A stretch of DNA of 49,232 nt from Candidatus Flemingiibacterium sp. (GTDB lineage Bacteria > Bacillota > Clostridia > Oscillospirales > CAG-272), in the NCBI GenBank assembly GCA_045632605.1, contig JAZQXA010000061.1, positions 1 to 49,232 of the forward strand. Reading direction: 5' to 3'. The position numbers and the translations under genes are program-made. This document shows positions 47,961 to 49,232 of this stretch, in pieces (position 1 is the first letter of the stretch; every line of letters begins with the position of its first letter). Under the pieces are notes generated by a model. It saw nothing but the letters and a program-made list of their open reading frames with translations. It ran no database searches and had not been told where the DNA came from.

Positions 47961-48066
47961 AATAAAATTGATGAAGTTACATATAAAAGTTCGATTAACA
48001 AATGCGGAACAATTAAGAAGAAAACTTATTGCATTGGTAACTGCCGCCAAAAGCAGAAAGGAATAA
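47961..48066 (+). pseudogene. 3' remnant of a four-helix-bundle (23S rRNA IVP-like) protein gene
   Basis: NKIDEVTYKSSINKCGTI, one extra base near 48015, then RRKLIALVTAAKSRKE-stop; resembles the CGxIRRMLIxSxxTAK tail of this family; no 5' part. Confidence 0.6.
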
Positions 48067-48070
48067 TGTT

Positions 48071-48643
48071 ATGAAAAGAGATAAAAGCGACATTATTTCA
48101 AATATTATTGAAATGCTTATAGATAATAACAAAAGTTCGGCGAAATCAATGATTATTAACGAATATCCTCATAAAGTTTGTAGTGTTGAAAAACGTACAT
48201 ATACTGTATCTGAAAAAATGGAACAATTTATAAAAGATGGCTTTATCGATAGATATACAGGTGAAAAACTTCTGAATCCAGGAATACTCAAAGTGTTATC
48301 AACATATTTTCCTGATGATTTTCCCTTTCACCCCCATTGGAAAATGACGGAAACGCATATAGCATATTGGGAACTAATCCCAACACTTGACCATGTATAT
48401 CCTATCGCCAAAGGTGGACAAGATGATAAAGATAATTGGGTCACAACTTCTATGAAAAATAACTCAATTAAAAGCAATTATACAATGGATGAAATTCGTT
48501 GGAATTTATATCCTCAAGGAGATATAAAAGACTGGGACGGTTTATCAAAATCTTTTATAAATTTGATTGATGCTAATCAGGAACTATTAAAAGATAATTA
48601 CATAAAGACCTGGTACACCGTTACAAAAAAGTTGCTACATTGA
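48071..48643 (+). CDS. HNH endonuclease family protein
   Basis: FIKDGFIDRYTG...TLDHVYPIAKGGQDDKDNWVTTSMKNNSIKSN; visibly AT-richer than flanking genes. Confidence 0.85.
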   Translation: MKRDKSDIISNIIEMLIDNNKSSAKSMIINEYPHKVCSVEKRTYTVSEKMEQFIKDGFIDRYTGEKLLNPGILKVLSTYFPDDFPFHPHWKMTETHIAYWELIPTLDHVYPIAKGGQDDKDNWVTTSMKNNSIKSNYTMDEIRWNLYPQGDIKDWDGLSKSFINLIDANQELLKDNYIKTWYTVTKKLLH

Positions 48644-48658
48644 TACTGTCACAGACAC

Positions 48659-48706
48659 CGCACAACCCATTGCGAATGCGTGACAAGTCTTACTAAAAAT
48701 AACTAA
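48659..48706 (+). pseudogene. Displaced ancestral 3' end of rlmD (attR-like)
   Basis: CGC ACA ACC CAT TGC GAA TGC GTG ACA AGT CTT ACT AAA AAT AAC TAA = RTTHCECVTSLTKNN-stop, aligning with RTGHVECCVLLCR. Confidence 0.7.
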
Positions 48707-48726
48707 CTATAGCGAGGTAAACAAAA

Positions 48727-49232
48727 ATGATAACACTTCTCACACCCAAAAACGGTGCGGTACTCGACACATTTACAGATTTTCAGAATCGCTACTGCGA
48801 GATCGTCAAGTCAGAGGGAACCGAGGCTGCAAATGAGTGGCTTGCAGGTATTAAGCTTGATATTGAACGCTCGCATCCGAATGTATTTTCATTTGAATGG
48901 GATGCTGATACCGATGAACCGTACACTTTTGAACTGGCGGAAAATGAGAATTTTTCGGATTCCCAAAAAATTCTTACGAACGAGCCAAAATGTGAAGTAA
49001 CTAATCTCAAAAACGGTGTTATATATTATTGGCGTGTTAACGGTTGTGAGCCATTTACTTTTGAAACTATACCGCATTTTACACGTTTTATACATATTGA
49101 TGATGTTAAAAATGTCCGCGATATCGGCGGTGTCAACATCAAGCAGGGACTTGTTTTTCGCGGAAGCGAGATGAATTGCCGATATACTATCACGGATGAG
49201 GGCAAAAGAACTTTTCACGATCAGCTTAAAAT
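48727..49232 (+). CDS. Tyrosine-protein phosphatase family protein with N-terminal FN3-like domain (partial, runs off window)
   Basis: Open frame from ATG 48727 after GAGGT: ...VTNLKNGVIYYWRV...RFIHIDDVKNVRDIGG...KQGLVFRGSEMN. Confidence 0.8.
   Translation, partial: MITLLTPKNGAVLDTFTDFQNRYCEIVKSEGTEAANEWLAGIKLDIERSHPNVFSFEWDADTDEPYTFELAENENFSDSQKILTNEPKCEVTNLKNGVIYYWRVNGCEPFTFETIPHFTRFIHIDDVKNVRDIGGVNIKQGLVFRGSEMNCRYTITDEGKRTFHDQLK

Larger units (their letters stand above)
47712..48664. mobile_element. Integrase-less mini-island inserted in the 3' end of rlmD
   Basis: Bounded by CGCACA at 47706-47711 and 48659-48664; a second rlmD-type C-terminus follows the right copy; AT-rich cargo. Confidence 0.7.

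Noticed and set aside
47572-48066. 164-aa ORF overlapping the rlmD end
   Set aside because: Runs through rlmD in another frame and the repeat array; only its last 16 codons look like real pseudogene sequence

Overview
49-kb mostly core-genome region of a spore-forming Clostridia-type Bacillota (inferred from polC, spoIIAA-spoIIAB-sigF, sigG, ylmC). It carries the rpsB-tsf-pyrH-frr-uppS-cdsA-dxr-rseP-ispG-polC cluster, a hisZGDCBHAFIE operon with putative HisR operators, dispersed sporulation genes, purH, tRNA-Gln(UUG), a long 6S-like RNA and rlmD. The most interesting signal is at the right end. An integrase-less insert of about 950 bp appears to have entered the rlmD FPRT-x-H codons, supplied a new C-terminus and displaced the old one to 48659-48706. 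It carries a CGATAT/ATATCG hairpin-repeat array, a frameshifted four-helix-bundle remnant and an AT-rich HNH nuclease. A similar tiny unit (hairpins plus a decayed SMI1/KNR4-like gene) sits at the 3' end of tRNA-Gln. All family calls are from motif recognition by eye; no database searches were run.
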